A DNA stretch of 56,064 bases, counting the filler, from Platydemus manokwari (taxonomy: Eukaryota): the NCBI GenBank assembly GCA_037951405.1. It is 5 parts of 5 records of this genome, joined end to end, with 100 filler letters (N's around TTAATTAATTAA, not from the genome) between each part and the next. Parts side by side here need not be neighbours in the genome. Positions count along the whole stretch, not along the records: positions 9,032 to 19,797 come from JBBMOY011107331.1; positions 19,898 to 37,324 come from JBBMOY011077742.1; 3 more parts are not named here. The stretch is one strand, 5' to 3'. A program made the position numbers and the translations under genes. Positions 13,501-25,444 of this stretch are shown here, one piece after another. The notes beneath the pieces were generated by a model. The model was not told the DNA's origin. It ran no database searches and was given only the letters and a program-made list of their open reading frames with translations. Every line of letters begins with the position of its first letter. Position 1 is the stretch's first letter.

Positions 13501-14039
13501 AGAATAAATTGACAATAAGTCAACGCGCACGACAAGTCTATAAAAAGATTCGACTTCCGAGAGCAAATGCTAGTCTTTTATGGTCGGTAATTTCTGTTGT
13601 CATTTTCTTTCAGTTGCTGAACCCATTGTGATTTGACATTCGACGTTTAGAAATTTCTATTTTTGAGTAAATGGGATTTACGATTTCTGAGTTTGGCAAG
13701 TTGACGATTTTATTGAATTTGTACGAATTTCTGTTAAACAATTATAATTTTGAATGTTTCGTCTTGGTTATTATCGTAACATTATCGTCATTGTGATAAT
13801 TTATTTTAATATCTAACAATAATTATTATCATTTTTATTAATTATAAATGTTATTGTTATTACTACTATTGTCATTACTATTGTTGGATAATAATGAAAA
13901 ATAAATAACTAACTCCAGCATAAAGTGTATTAATCAATACACAACTACAAAGTCTTTATCTAAACCCGGCTTTCAGCTGGCAGTTGTCCATCTTTACAGT
14001 GATTTTTATACTCGCGATCTGTACATATTTCTGTGTCAT

Positions 14040-14400
14040 GTTATATAATATTTTGAATTGATATTTATTTTTCTGTGTTCTTATTGGGTTTTTAATTTTT
14101 TACATGAGTGGGGATTCGTCAATCCCTATGTGTGTTTTGTGTAGTTATGCCCTTTATCATTCACCATCTAACTTCACTGTGATTGGCTGATTGCTATACC
14201 TGTATGGCCGTGAAAGCATGCAAATGTTCAAAGTGCCAAAATAAGAGTTCCAAGCTGTAATTTCGCGTTTCTTTTTGCAGAATTTCATCTCACGCAACAT
14301 ATCTCCCTCCTCTATAAGATTTTGTTCTCAAAATCTTAGAAATTGACTACATTTTCGCTCAGTTAAAATGGTGTTAGTAGTCAAAATATTACCAATAACT
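14040..14400 (-). mobile_element. Merlin/IS1016-like (ISXO2) transposase relic
   Basis: Degenerate YRGGRY and GHNY..GLTNP motifs. Clear nucleotide homology with 50075-50227 (ccatacaggYatagca...ccaatca...cataac...ggattg..aatcc). Confidence 0.45.
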
Positions 14401-14833
14401 ATTCATTCATGTCAGTTGTCGATTTGATTAAATTTGGGAATTTTTGAAAGGAATAAAATATAAAATATACCTAAGGTTGATTGAAATCAGTAGTGAAATC
14501 AGTGATGGTATATCATCACTCATTAACATTAAATAGAAGTCTCTTAACTCTCTTAATAATAAAAATTCTGTACGCAGAACGAGATGTTATTTTATTAAAA
14601 CAATTTTCATAATTTTTAAACTGACCACATGTAAGGGGAATTACTTCGACTAGTTTAATCAGACGTACCGCGCGCAGATAATCATGTAGATAATGTAATT
14701 TTAAACACTTCTCAATCAACCATCATATAAATATCAACATCATCATATAAATATTATCAATATAAATATTAATTTTATTGATATATTAATTTCATTAAAA
14801 ATTCCTTTCTTTTGAAATACAAATCCATTCAAG

Positions 14834-15130
14834 ACTGCCGCCGCGGGGAATCCCAGCAAGCAGCAACTGGAGAGCGGTATGATTTTAATTAATTTTATTA
14901 TTGATTGTTATCTCTTTCCATCTCTGCTTTAGACGATCGCCCGAGGAATTCCAGTAGATGGCAACTAGAAAGAGGTATCATTTTGATAAATTTTTATTGA
15001 TTAACTCATTCCATCTCTTATTTAGACCACCGTTACGAGGAATTCAAGTGAGCAGTAATGATTACTAAGTATAAAAGTCAGATTTTTTGAAATTTATTTA
15101 TTTATTTCATTGTCACTTCTTTTTCTTTAG
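14834..15130 (+). repeat. Three tandem ~95-bp micro-exon+intron units
   Basis: GC-rich 42-43 nt blocks at 14834-14876, 14933-14974 and 15026-15068 share a cgRggaaty core. Each is bounded by ag| and |gtat and followed by a 51-62 nt AT-rich spacer; the first two spacers end ttccatctct..tttag. Confidence 0.7.
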
Positions 15131-15858
15131 TATAATACAAGATAACTTTATAGTGAAACTTTCATTTCTATTTTTACTTAATCTATAGCCTGTTCAATTA
15201 GTTCCAACGATAACGTTTTTTACGGAATCTTTTCTAGGTACGGCACTTTCAGTAAACAAAATTTGATCTTACACTTTCGATGATTAATTTATCGTAAGAA
15301 AAATTAATAAACAATTCGTCAAATTATTAAAACATTAAAAGCAATACAACTAAGTTATTTGATGAGAAAATTCATGTATTATTTCAAAAACTACATAATC
15401 TTATTGTGACGAAAATAAATTTGAGTTGTCCTCAACTTTATTAGTGAATTTATACGCGCAACCTAGAGTTTGATTGGAATCAGATTATTGGTTGGAAAAT
15501 GGTCAAAATCTCATTCTACTATATACACACTTGTACAACATGAACAAGAGTTAAATACCGTCAGTACGATAATTATTTAATACATAATTATTATATTTAG
15601 TAAAGTGTATAGCACATAAGTGGAGCTAATAAAAAATAAGTAAAATAAATAAGTAATTAACCAAGAATTATAAATAAAAAATTAAGAATCATTCAAAAAG
15701 TAGAGTAAGGAAAATTTTAATATATGAAAAATCATGTATCATTGAAAAAAATGTTGAAAATTTTCGTAGATCATTACAAGCACAACCTGCAAGAAAAAGG
15801 CAAATATCCTTGGGAAAGTTACGAAAAGAAACAATCTTAATAAATGCATTGTGTAAAA

Positions 15859-16500
15859 CAATGTTTTTTCAAACCGGTGGCGCGACCTACCAGTGTGTCA
15901 CGAAACATTTTTAGTGGTCTCAAGAAATTTTAAAGTTATAGTAAATAAATTATAAGAAAATATTCTTTAATACAATCTTTTATTTTATTGATATTATCAG
16001 ACAAAATAGTAAATTCTTTCTCAATGCAAATAACATTCAACAAGAGTATGTTCTAATTATTAAAAAAACATGAATCATCTCTCACTTAAAGCTCAAGATT
16101 TTTTAGTACTCTTCAATGATTTAAGCTTGAAATTAAATTTTTAACAAAAAACTTAAGCTCCGTTTGGCATAGTGTAAAAACAGAATATCTACTATTATAG
16201 AAACTAGCCATACTTTCTCTTCTTTCTTTTGTCTCTAACTACTTGTGTAAAAAATCATTTCGACACTTACTTACATTAGAAAAAATATCGATCAAATTTT
16301 AAAGATTTTGAATTAGTAATGAGACCAACCATCAAAAATTGATGTTTTATTCCAGAATATGCAAAATCGTTGTTATTATTAAATATATTTTAATTTTTTG
16401 ATGTTAAAAAAGTTTACTTTATTATTTTTATTTTAGTTCCTAGGGTCGCGAAAAGATTTGGACTCGTAAAGTGGGTCGCAACATAGTGTGAAGACCACCA
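15859..16500 (-). mobile_element. hAT (Charlie-like) non-autonomous element
   Basis: Ends caatgttttttcaaaccggtggcgcgacc ... gggtcgcg..gtgggtcgc..gtgtgaagaccacca, with the subterminal GGGTCGCG motifs typical of Charlie/URR1. Degenerate 8-bp TSD gtgtaaaa/gtataaac. A decayed C-terminal transposase-like remnant lies on the minus strand. Confidence 0.8.
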
Positions 16501-17843
16501 GTATAAACTAAACCCAAATCTTAAAAGAAATGCGGGACTCCGATGTATCAAACTAAAATGACTAATCACATAGAGGGGTGTAGGTGACAAGTTTTTTTAT
16601 TAATATTAACTGTTATCATTATTCCCATTGTTAATGTTTATTGGTATTATCACTATTATTATTGTTGATATTGGTGAGATATCACAGTCATTATTGATAT
16701 CAATTTCGATGGACTTACAATTAGTATTATCATAACAATTAATTATTACCTATTTATTATCAATGATAATATTAGAATTACCAATATTTTTATTAACTAT
16801 TAATTGTAAATTGACTTATTGTTATTCTTAGTTTGGATTTTATCATTCTCATTACTATTGTTATAAATATGTATTGATAATAGTATTATCATTATATATA
16901 TGAAATTAAGGATACCACCAATGAATTTCAGATTCATGAACTATATTAAAAAGGATTCATACTTCGGATTATACAAATAGATTTTTAATGATTGCCCTCT
17001 CTTGTAAAACATCAAACCCTTTGGTATATCTACGTTACTACGCATCTCTAATCTAGATCGGATAATCCTTTTACCGGTTTTCATAAGCATCTCATTAAGT
17101 ACACTCTAAACATCGAATAAGAATAACACGGATCTCAAAATTTGAACGAATAAAATATGCTCTTATAGGCGAAAATATTTGTTACAAGGAGCCATCAAAA
17201 TTTTATAATTTTGATACAAACATTATAGAAAAGTATACATATGTTGAGTGTTTCGAAAGTAACTCAAATTTTGCCAAAAATCCGACAATTAATAATCGTA
17301 ACAATATTAATGCGACATGTTTTAAGAATTTTTTTAAAATATTTAATTTTAAAATAGAATTTATTTACTTCACACATCTAAAAAACACTGAGATGGAAAT
17401 CATCTAAGACAAAACAGTTTGGACATTTGTGACTTAGAAGCTTCTAATAAGTTGATATGATGTCAATTAAAAAATGCATCGTGAATATCAGTTAAACATT
17501 CCATGTCTGTCTAGCATATTCCATGATTTTTCTGTTTGTAGATTTAATTCATAATATTTATTGAAGAAATAGATGAATATATTTAGTGAAAACGTACCTT
17601 TTTTGATTATTAAGCAATTAATTCTGATTATTTTGATATGAAATTTTTAATATTTTGTACCTTTGTAATATTAATAAACATTCTTCGGAATGTATTTTCA
17701 TATTTCTTACTCAGGAGATTGATAAAGAGCATTGTTAGTTAAATAATCGAACCTAATCTTAGAATCTGTTGATTACTATCGATATATGGAGGGTTAATAA
17801 GACTCTATAAAATAATTAATAAGTAAAATTTTTAGTTTATTAG

Positions 17844-18693
17844 GAACCCAGCAACTCAGGGAATACCGGCAAAAGATACAAAAACTTTAGATTTAGTCTC
17901 CCATACGGTTAGAAACATTACGAAAAATATAATATTAATTTTATTTACAGCAATGTGGAGGGAAAGAAAGGATAGACTGAACGAATTATTTCATAATCAT
18001 TGCAATATGGTGATAGGCCAGGAGGAAAGAAGTGACTCTGGCTATCATCATATGGAATTTTTTATTAATACAAAAACCAATAGGATGTTCACGGCAACCA
18101 AGAAGTTTTTTGGAATTCCCTATTGCTAATACTTTACTAATTCCCTATTGACAATACGGTAAGTGTAGTTGTGATTTAATAGTATTATTTAATCTCCACT
18201 GCCCTTACAGACAGAACTTCGAAAAGCTTGGCCCAAACAAATTTAAATACGATGGGGTTGTAATTGATGATTTACCTCTGCACAAGATGGAAGCAGAGGA
18301 AGTCATAAATATGACAGACATGTCATATTCTACGTCAATTACCGTTAAATATTCTACCGGTATCTTAGAAGAAGGTCAGTATAGGATAATATGTAGTAAC
18401 GACGTTGATAAAGTAAATTTAACCTATTTAATTAATGAAAATTAATACATATTACTCAGGTGATCAATCCATGCTGGCCTGAGTGCCGAAAGGCGGCGAT
18501 AAGAAGACGCTGCCATATAATATTATTTGACGATCGTCCATTATACAAAGAAACTAAGAAATCGGACAAACCAGTAGGGCGAATATCTAGATTTGTCCAA
18601 CAAGAGGAAGCCAAAACAATTTTTAGTGACAGTCGAACGAATAAAGTTATCCAACCTATTTATGTTTTAAAAGATACTACTGTCATTCCTTAA
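17844..18693 (+). pseudogene. rep: Intron-containing CRESS-DNA-virus-like Rep (HUH endonuclease + SF3 helicase), internally deleted
   Basis: Exons 17844-17907, 17951-18158, 18211-18412 and 18460-18693 join in phase across GT-AG introns of 43, 52 and 47 nt. Motif I RYKNFRFSLPY; motif II MVIGQEERSDSGYHHMEFFI; Walker B YDGVVIDDL; B' SITVKYS; motif C RIICSN; Arg finger AAIRRR. Motif III and Walker A are missing and there is a stop at ~18127. Confidence 0.85.
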
Positions 18694-18789
18694 AAATATA
18701 TGTATTAAATGTTATTGAGTTATCTTAGTTATTTTATGAGTAGTTAAAAAAGTATAAATAGAAGTGATTAGTTACCTTTTTATTCATTG

Positions 18790-19125
18790 ATGGATGTTAA
18801 AGTAAGCGATGGAGAAATCCTTGACTTCCTTACTAATAGCATTAACCATATTATCGATAATGGGAACTGGAAGTTCAATCATAATCATGACGTGTACATG
18901 GAAAGGGCAAAAATTAATAGATCAGATCCGAAATACGACTTCAAATATAAAGTCATGGCCCAAAATTCAATGTTGGTCATCAATATTTCTACTTTGACAA
19001 CAATACAACAATTAATCTCACCCAATCGTTATTCCAACCTCCAATCTCTAATTCTCTTGCAGTCAGAATCAGTACCCCGATTGCAACAACAATCCAATTC
19101 GCCAATTCTAGCAATTACACAGTAA
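18790..19125 (+). CDS. Orphan 111-aa ORF directly downstream of rep
   Basis: ATG at 18790, TATAAATA at 18753 and Inr-like TCATT at 18784. No recognisable domain; the C-terminus is Q/S/N-rich. Confidence 0.4.
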   Translation: MDVKVSDGEILDFLTNSINHIIDNGNWKFNHNHDVYMERAKINRSDPKYDFKYKVMAQNSMLVINISTLTTIQQLISPNRYSNLQSLILLQSESVPRLQQQSNSPILAITQ

Positions 19126-19797
19126 TTTCAATATAAACAATAACTTACAAATTAATGTGATTTTTACAAATTAATATTGGGCTTCGCTATTTATCTTTAT
19201 GAATTTGACATGTTATTACGCAGAATGATTATTTTGTGTCAATGAGTTTGCGGATTCTTTCTTTTAAATTTTAAACCGGAAGGGATGACAGCAGAAATCG
19301 ATATAGAATTAAGTAATGTAATTAAAGAAAGATAAAAATCGACAGTGAATACATGAACAAAATAATAAGGATAATAAAATAAAGTCAAAAATAATAAATA
19401 AATAGCAACTATAAGAATAGCAACAGCAAAATTAATAACAATAAGAATAAATATAATAATAATGATAATAATACCAGTAAAATTTATTTCAGTTTTATAG
19501 ACGGAGACTTTTGAATATATAATTACTTATATATATTATTACGATATATAATTATAAAAATTTTAGAATGAGCTTGTCCAATTGGTGGTTATGAGCTCAA
19601 TTGCTAGGAGGGAACTGATCCCCAACTAACCGAACAGAAGGATAAAAAAGAGAGGTGAAGGCTAGACTGGTCGACCGGCTTCTCAGAAGTTGGATTGAGT
19701 TGCATACTGAGTTCGATATGACTGGATTCATCATTGGTTCAAGTTCTATATTCCAATATTCTGTCCAGACTTGAGAGCTCTTGGATTTCCAGATTCT

Positions 19798-19897
19798 NNN
19801 NNNNNNNNNNNNNNNNNNNNNNNNNNNNNNNNNNNNNNNNNTTAATTAATTAANNNNNNNNNNNNNNNNNNNNNNNNNNNNNNNNNNNNNNNNNNNN
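19798..19897. other. Artificial contig linker
   Basis: 44 N + TTAATTAATTAA + 44 N. Confidence 0.97.
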
Positions 19898-20008
19898 AAT
19901 ATTTTCTTATGAGTTATGCTTCTTCAAATATGTGCATGAAAATCGGACATTTCATATGGGACAACCTAATATTTTATTAACTTGATATCATATATTGATG
20001 ATATGAGT

Positions 20009-20332
20009 ATTATAAACAAATATATTAATGTTATAAACAAATATATTAATATTGTAAACAAATATATCAATATTATAAACAAATATATTAATATTGTAAA
20101 CAAATATATCAATATTGTAAACAAATATATTAATACTATAAGCAAATATATTGATATTATAAACAAATATATTAATATTATAAACAAATATATTTATATT
20201 ATAAACAAATACATCAATATTATAAACAAATATATGGATATTATAAATAAATATATTAATATTATAAACAAATATATCAATATTGTAAACAAATATACTA
20301 ATATTATAAATAAATATATTGATATTATAAAA
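20009..20332. repeat. 21-bp minisatellite, ~15 copies
   Basis: Consensus attataaacaaatatattaat. It produces the IINKYIN-repeat ORF and its antisense ORFs. Confidence 0.95.
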
Positions 20333-23300
20333 AATATGAGAAAAATTCATTTCTATACGAAATACTAGAACTCGTTACATATTTTTTATTTATAGTTACT
20401 ATTGATTACTTTTAATAATCAGAGGTGGTAATTAATGAAAATTATTTTAATATCATCAGATTTTTATTATTTACCACCGAATCACAAATAATATCAACAA
20501 TATCTTTATGTAATGCTTGTAAAACCACGCGTATCGGGTTTTGAATCACGTATATAATTATGAAGTCGATATATTATAAGAAATAAATTTCTTTGATCAT
20601 ATTTTGGTATGTTTTGTTCCAGAAGGTATTACAGCCAAATAAAGTGGCCTCTGGCAATATATCTTTATTTGGAAAAATAGTCTAGTCTTTTGCTACATTG
20701 ACCTCAGACTGATATCTTATGTCTTAATTAATTTTGCACAAATTAGAAATAAACATTTGACACCCACTTCGCGATCATTTTGGCGTTATGAAATTCATTA
20801 TACTTTCAAAATGATTAACAATTCTGAGTGATACATCTGGGTAATTTGCTTTTATAAATAGCGTTTATTTTATAGTTCTTGTAATACCTTGTTATTTATG
20901 GTTATTTTCTTTACTAAATTTACTTTTTTTTTAATCATTTCTTTCGCATCCCCCCTTGAACATTATACCTTAGTATAAAAGTCTGTATTATTTGTTATCT
21001 ATTCTCTTATTGATGATTGTTATTACCGCTTACTTGTTATAATATTATTTAACCATTATCTTTTCTAATGTTATTATATTTGAAGTGACTTTAGCTTACT
21101 TCTCAATTTTTGCAAAACATTTTCAAAATCAATAACTAAATATAAATAATTAAAACAAAAACTACTTCATAAATAATCATGCACAATGACATAGTAATCC
21201 CCTTGTGCACTCAATAATACAGTGCTTCATAATATTTTCTTTGTCCCTCAGTTTCACACAATTTGTTTTTGAAAGTTAAAATCGCATAAAAGAACTTGGT
21301 GTACATATTGAATTTCAACCTAATATTTTTTTAAAATACCCAACGAGTATCTTAAATAATCTTAAATCAACAAGTATTCTATCCTTAATCATAGATTAGA
21401 TAACATAATCAGTACTTTTGAATTTTTGTAAAATTTGTTCTATTTATATCTCTAACTGAAACATAAATTTAGCAAAAATTTCATTGTGAGCTTCTAATTA
21501 GATTGGATTTGTTCTCTTTACCAATTAAGTGAATTTTGTATTTTACATTGTTAATTTTTTGTTATTAGTTGAGAGTATTTCTATGTTGGAAATAGTTTTG
21601 TTTTGGTGACAATGTGCAATTTAAGAGTTTAATTAGTCGACACCTTAATCTTATGAAAGAAATCAACAAAATTGATTTTAGTGATTCACAAATAAGGAAT
21701 GAGATTTTCAATATTATTATTAAATTACATGCTTATAAAATGGGAGCTAAATTTAAAAGTTGAGTTTTAACTTAGATTAATGGAATTATAGTTTAAAATT
21801 TGATATTGATATTCTTTTATTGAAATTCTACAATAAATCTATATTTTAAGTTCCTCAGCATGACTATATTATTTGTTTACATATATCTATACCAGAGCTT
21901 TATTGCATTATGTTTAAACAATCTGACACTCACTTGTTTTTTCGTTTCTAATCTCAAATTATTTTCTGACATTGTTGTATATAATAAAGGACAAATGATA
22001 TTTAGATGTCTGTAAATATTGTACAAATCAGTCAATTTAGGTATGCTAGAATTAAGCTAATTGGAATCTATTAACTGACTCCGTGTATGTTTTGATTGTT
22101 GTAAAACCATTGCTTAGATTATTTAATTTGTAAATGTAAAACCATTTTCTTCAGCAAAATATATAAAGAATATAATAATTCCGTGAACATAACAATGTCA
22201 TAAACATAGATTTTATTTCCAAATTTTCTCGATAATTTTACCACAATCCTATCGGTTATTGATAATTAGTATCCTGACGGATACTTATTGGATTGTTATC
22301 AAACGTCACAAATTTTTTTGTAGAGTTCAATATAATTTACTTCCAAAAATGAGAGATTATCCAAATCTTGACTAAATTCTCCACATTTAAGGCATTGTAC
22401 ATTAATTTTTGTTATTCAGTTTTCTTTAAGACACCAAAATTAAATTGGAACAGATTTGAAATTTTTGACCACCAATTAGCAATTATATAATTAAGAGCAC
22501 GATACAAATGATGTCAAGTTAGGTTTTTAATTATTTTTTCAATTTGGTATTGCACACTTTAAGTAATTATTTTGTGGTTTGCATTTGCAATATTTTTATA
22601 TTGGAGAATAGAATTAAAAGTTAAATGGTTTAGAAATGCCCAATAATAGAGAAACTGATTCTAAAATATGTAAATATGCATTATGCACAACTACTGGATA
22701 TTGACTAAACCTTGATGCCACGAATGAGTCTGTCTCAATTTACCAATTAATGATTCATTTGGTGACTCAGTGGTGATCAAGGAGTCATTTTATTGACAAT
22801 AACGGAGAAAGATTTACTAATACATACAGAGATAACATTAATTTGCTTTCATTTAAATTGTCCCAGTTTTAATTCTCAAATTCGAAACTTAACAAAATAA
22901 TTTCCCCTCAAATAAGAAATTCTGACATGATATCACCACAAAAATATTGTTTGTAACTAGGAAAATATGAATTCGTTTATTTATTTGAGAATATAAATAA
23001 ACATGTACATGTAATTACACAATAATCATTTACATAAATTAGAGATGAAATTGTTTTACATAATGATTGAATGGGGGAAATCTAATTTATGATAAAAATC
23101 CATTAGATTATATCTACTGTTAAAACAAGGTTTATAAATATGATATTCGATTAGTATGGTAAAAATACTTATATTAACTTAATCCTTTTATCATTACACC
23201 AAAGCATCATTCCAGGACATTCACTTTACTCACACGGTTCAACATGAGAGGCTTATTTCATAAACATTGTTTTATTATTTCTACATTCTTATCAAAGTGT

Positions 23301-23782
23301 CGAATAGTCAATTGAATAGTTTTAATTATTATTTGGAAACGATTAATAAAACTAATGAACCTGACGTTCTAGTTTTAATGAAATTTCGAATATTTTTGTC
23401 GGATTTATAATCAATATCTGATAAATTAATTTCACTACAAAATAACTCAAGAAATCAATCTATTATTAAGAATTTACTGGCGGTTAATCAGATTTAGTAT
23501 GTGTAACAAAGTGGGTTTTTCTTAACTGTGTTAAATGTACAGCAGTGAGTATGACATTCTATATATTTGACATTGATTTTGACTATTTGAAATAAAATTA
23601 ATTGAATAAGGTGCTATATATAGAAGATCCTATTATCAAAAGGTTGTCAACTTTTTCACGTAGCAATAAGATTATTTTATATAGGAAGTCAATTTGCATA
23701 ACCTGTCTAAAATACAGTTCAAACTACACTATACATAAAGTTATGTAACTACATTTGATAAGTACATTTTGATTTTCGATAG

Positions 23783-25444
23783 GGTTCAGATTCCAATTCC
23801 AATTCGACCCCCGAATCTCCGTTAAATAACGAGAGTGGTTATAATTCTGCTGCTAATAATCACATTTCACCCAGGCACCCAAATAAACTGTTAAAAACTC
23901 AAAAATTTGATTTTTCCAGTAAGCCGTTATGGTATTGATTTTTAATTAGACAAATTTTAATTAGAAATTGATGAAACCGATTCGCTGAAACCATTAAATA
24001 ATAATGTGATCAAGATTATTTCTCATGACAATGTTGAGAAAGATGACAATGACAGGTTTTTGTTTTTTTCATAAGTCTCTATTTTACAAATATTATTAAA
24101 TTGATTTCTAGTAAAAACTTTGAGACTGTTAAACTTAATCAGGTAAAAAGTTATTTCTATTTTATTATTCTTTCAATGAGTTGCTGTACAACTAGAGATT
24201 TGAATCTACAGAAAGTCAAGACGAAAGTTCTCACCTTAGCCGTGCAAATAGCGTATTTAATTTTATACATTTTAGAAATCGATAATAAATTATATTTTAT
24301 AAAGATTTCGGTAGCTCTCAAAGAATGGGAGATCCCTTATAAAAATCTGGAACTTGGTGAATTGTTAGGGAAAGGAAGTTTTTGGACAGTATTTAAAGGC
24401 AAGTGGCATGGTGAGGTGGCAGTTAAGATAATGAATATTGATCCGCAAGATGAAAAAGACGCTTGCATGGCAGCTTTTAAAAGTGAAGTTGGAGCATTAC
24501 ATAAAACTCGTCATGAAAACCTGGTTTTATTTATGGGTGCTTGTATGGAACCACCAAAATTAGCTATAGTTACTCAGTTGAGCCAAGTAGAATTGCTATT
24601 TATTTTTACTAGTAAACATGAATTTTTAAAGGGTGAAACATTGTTTTATCAATTACATTCTCGTCACGTTTCAATTCCCGTAATTCGAGCCATTAATATC
24701 GCTAGTCAGGTTGCCAAGGGAATGGGTTATTTACACGCGAAAGATATTTTGCACAAAGATTTGAAAAGTCGAAATATATTCATTGAAAGCAATTGTAAAG
24801 TTGTAATTAGTGATTTTGGTCTCTTCGATTTCGTTCGAATGTGTAAACAGGCAATGTAAGAAAATTGATAAAATTTTCATTGATTTTTATGTCTCGATAT
24901 TTTCACATATTAGATCCGGAAGCTATTTGCGAATCCCGCCTGGTTGGTTGTGTTATCTTTCTCCGGAACTGATTAGAAAATTGAATTTAAATTCCATTTT
25001 TTCCAATAACAGCAGTGAGGACCTACCGTTTACTAAGTCATCGGATATTTATGCCTTTGGGTAAAGCGCCGGAATTGTATTGTTTTTTATTTTAAAATAT
25101 GTTTAGAACGATTTGGTATGAAATTCTCAATAGTAAATGGCCGTTTGAAGGTTTACCTTCCGAAGCAATCATATATAGGGTAGGAAAGGGTATAAAAGAA
25201 TCGTTAAAGGTTGTCCATGCTAAAGAATTTAAAGTAATTAATGTTGAACCGGAAATGATCAATATTATATAATCATCATTATTAGGATCTATTAATTCAA
25301 TGTTGGTCTTCAAAACCAGAAAACAGGCCCGCTTTCACAAACATCGTACAGATACTCGAGAAACTACCCAAATTACAAAGAAGTCCAAGTTACCCTGTAA
25401 AATCAGTCAGTGTTGTTAGAAGTCATGATAACCTCATTACTTAA
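23783..25444 (+). CDS. KSR: Kinase suppressor of Ras (KSR), S/T-rich region and kinase domain, multi-exon, 5' end unresolved
   Basis: Spliced product GSDSNSNSTPESP..KFDF..SRANSISVALKEWEIPY..GKWHGEVAVK..KTRHENLVLFMGACMEPPKLAIVT..GMGYLHAKDILHKDLKSRNIF..DFGLF..LRIPPGWLCYLSPE..SDIYAFGTIWYE..LEKLPKLQRSPSYP. HKD, GWLCYLSPE and RSPSYP are KSR-diagnostic. Short GT-AG introns. Confidence 0.93.

Noticed and set aside
17786-17843. ATGGAGG|gt as the first rep exon
   Set aside because: Phase 1 does not join either available acceptor without a stop, so the start is left unresolved.
19520-19556. TATTATTAC nonanucleotide as the Rep origin
   Set aside because: It matches a nanovirus-type nonamer, but the flanking stem is only an imperfect TA run; expected by chance in this AT-rich DNA.
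19966-20368. IINKYIN-repeat ORF and antisense hydrophobic ORFs
   Set aside because: These are by-products of a stop-free 21-bp minisatellite open on both strands. There are no spacers, so it is not CRISPR either.
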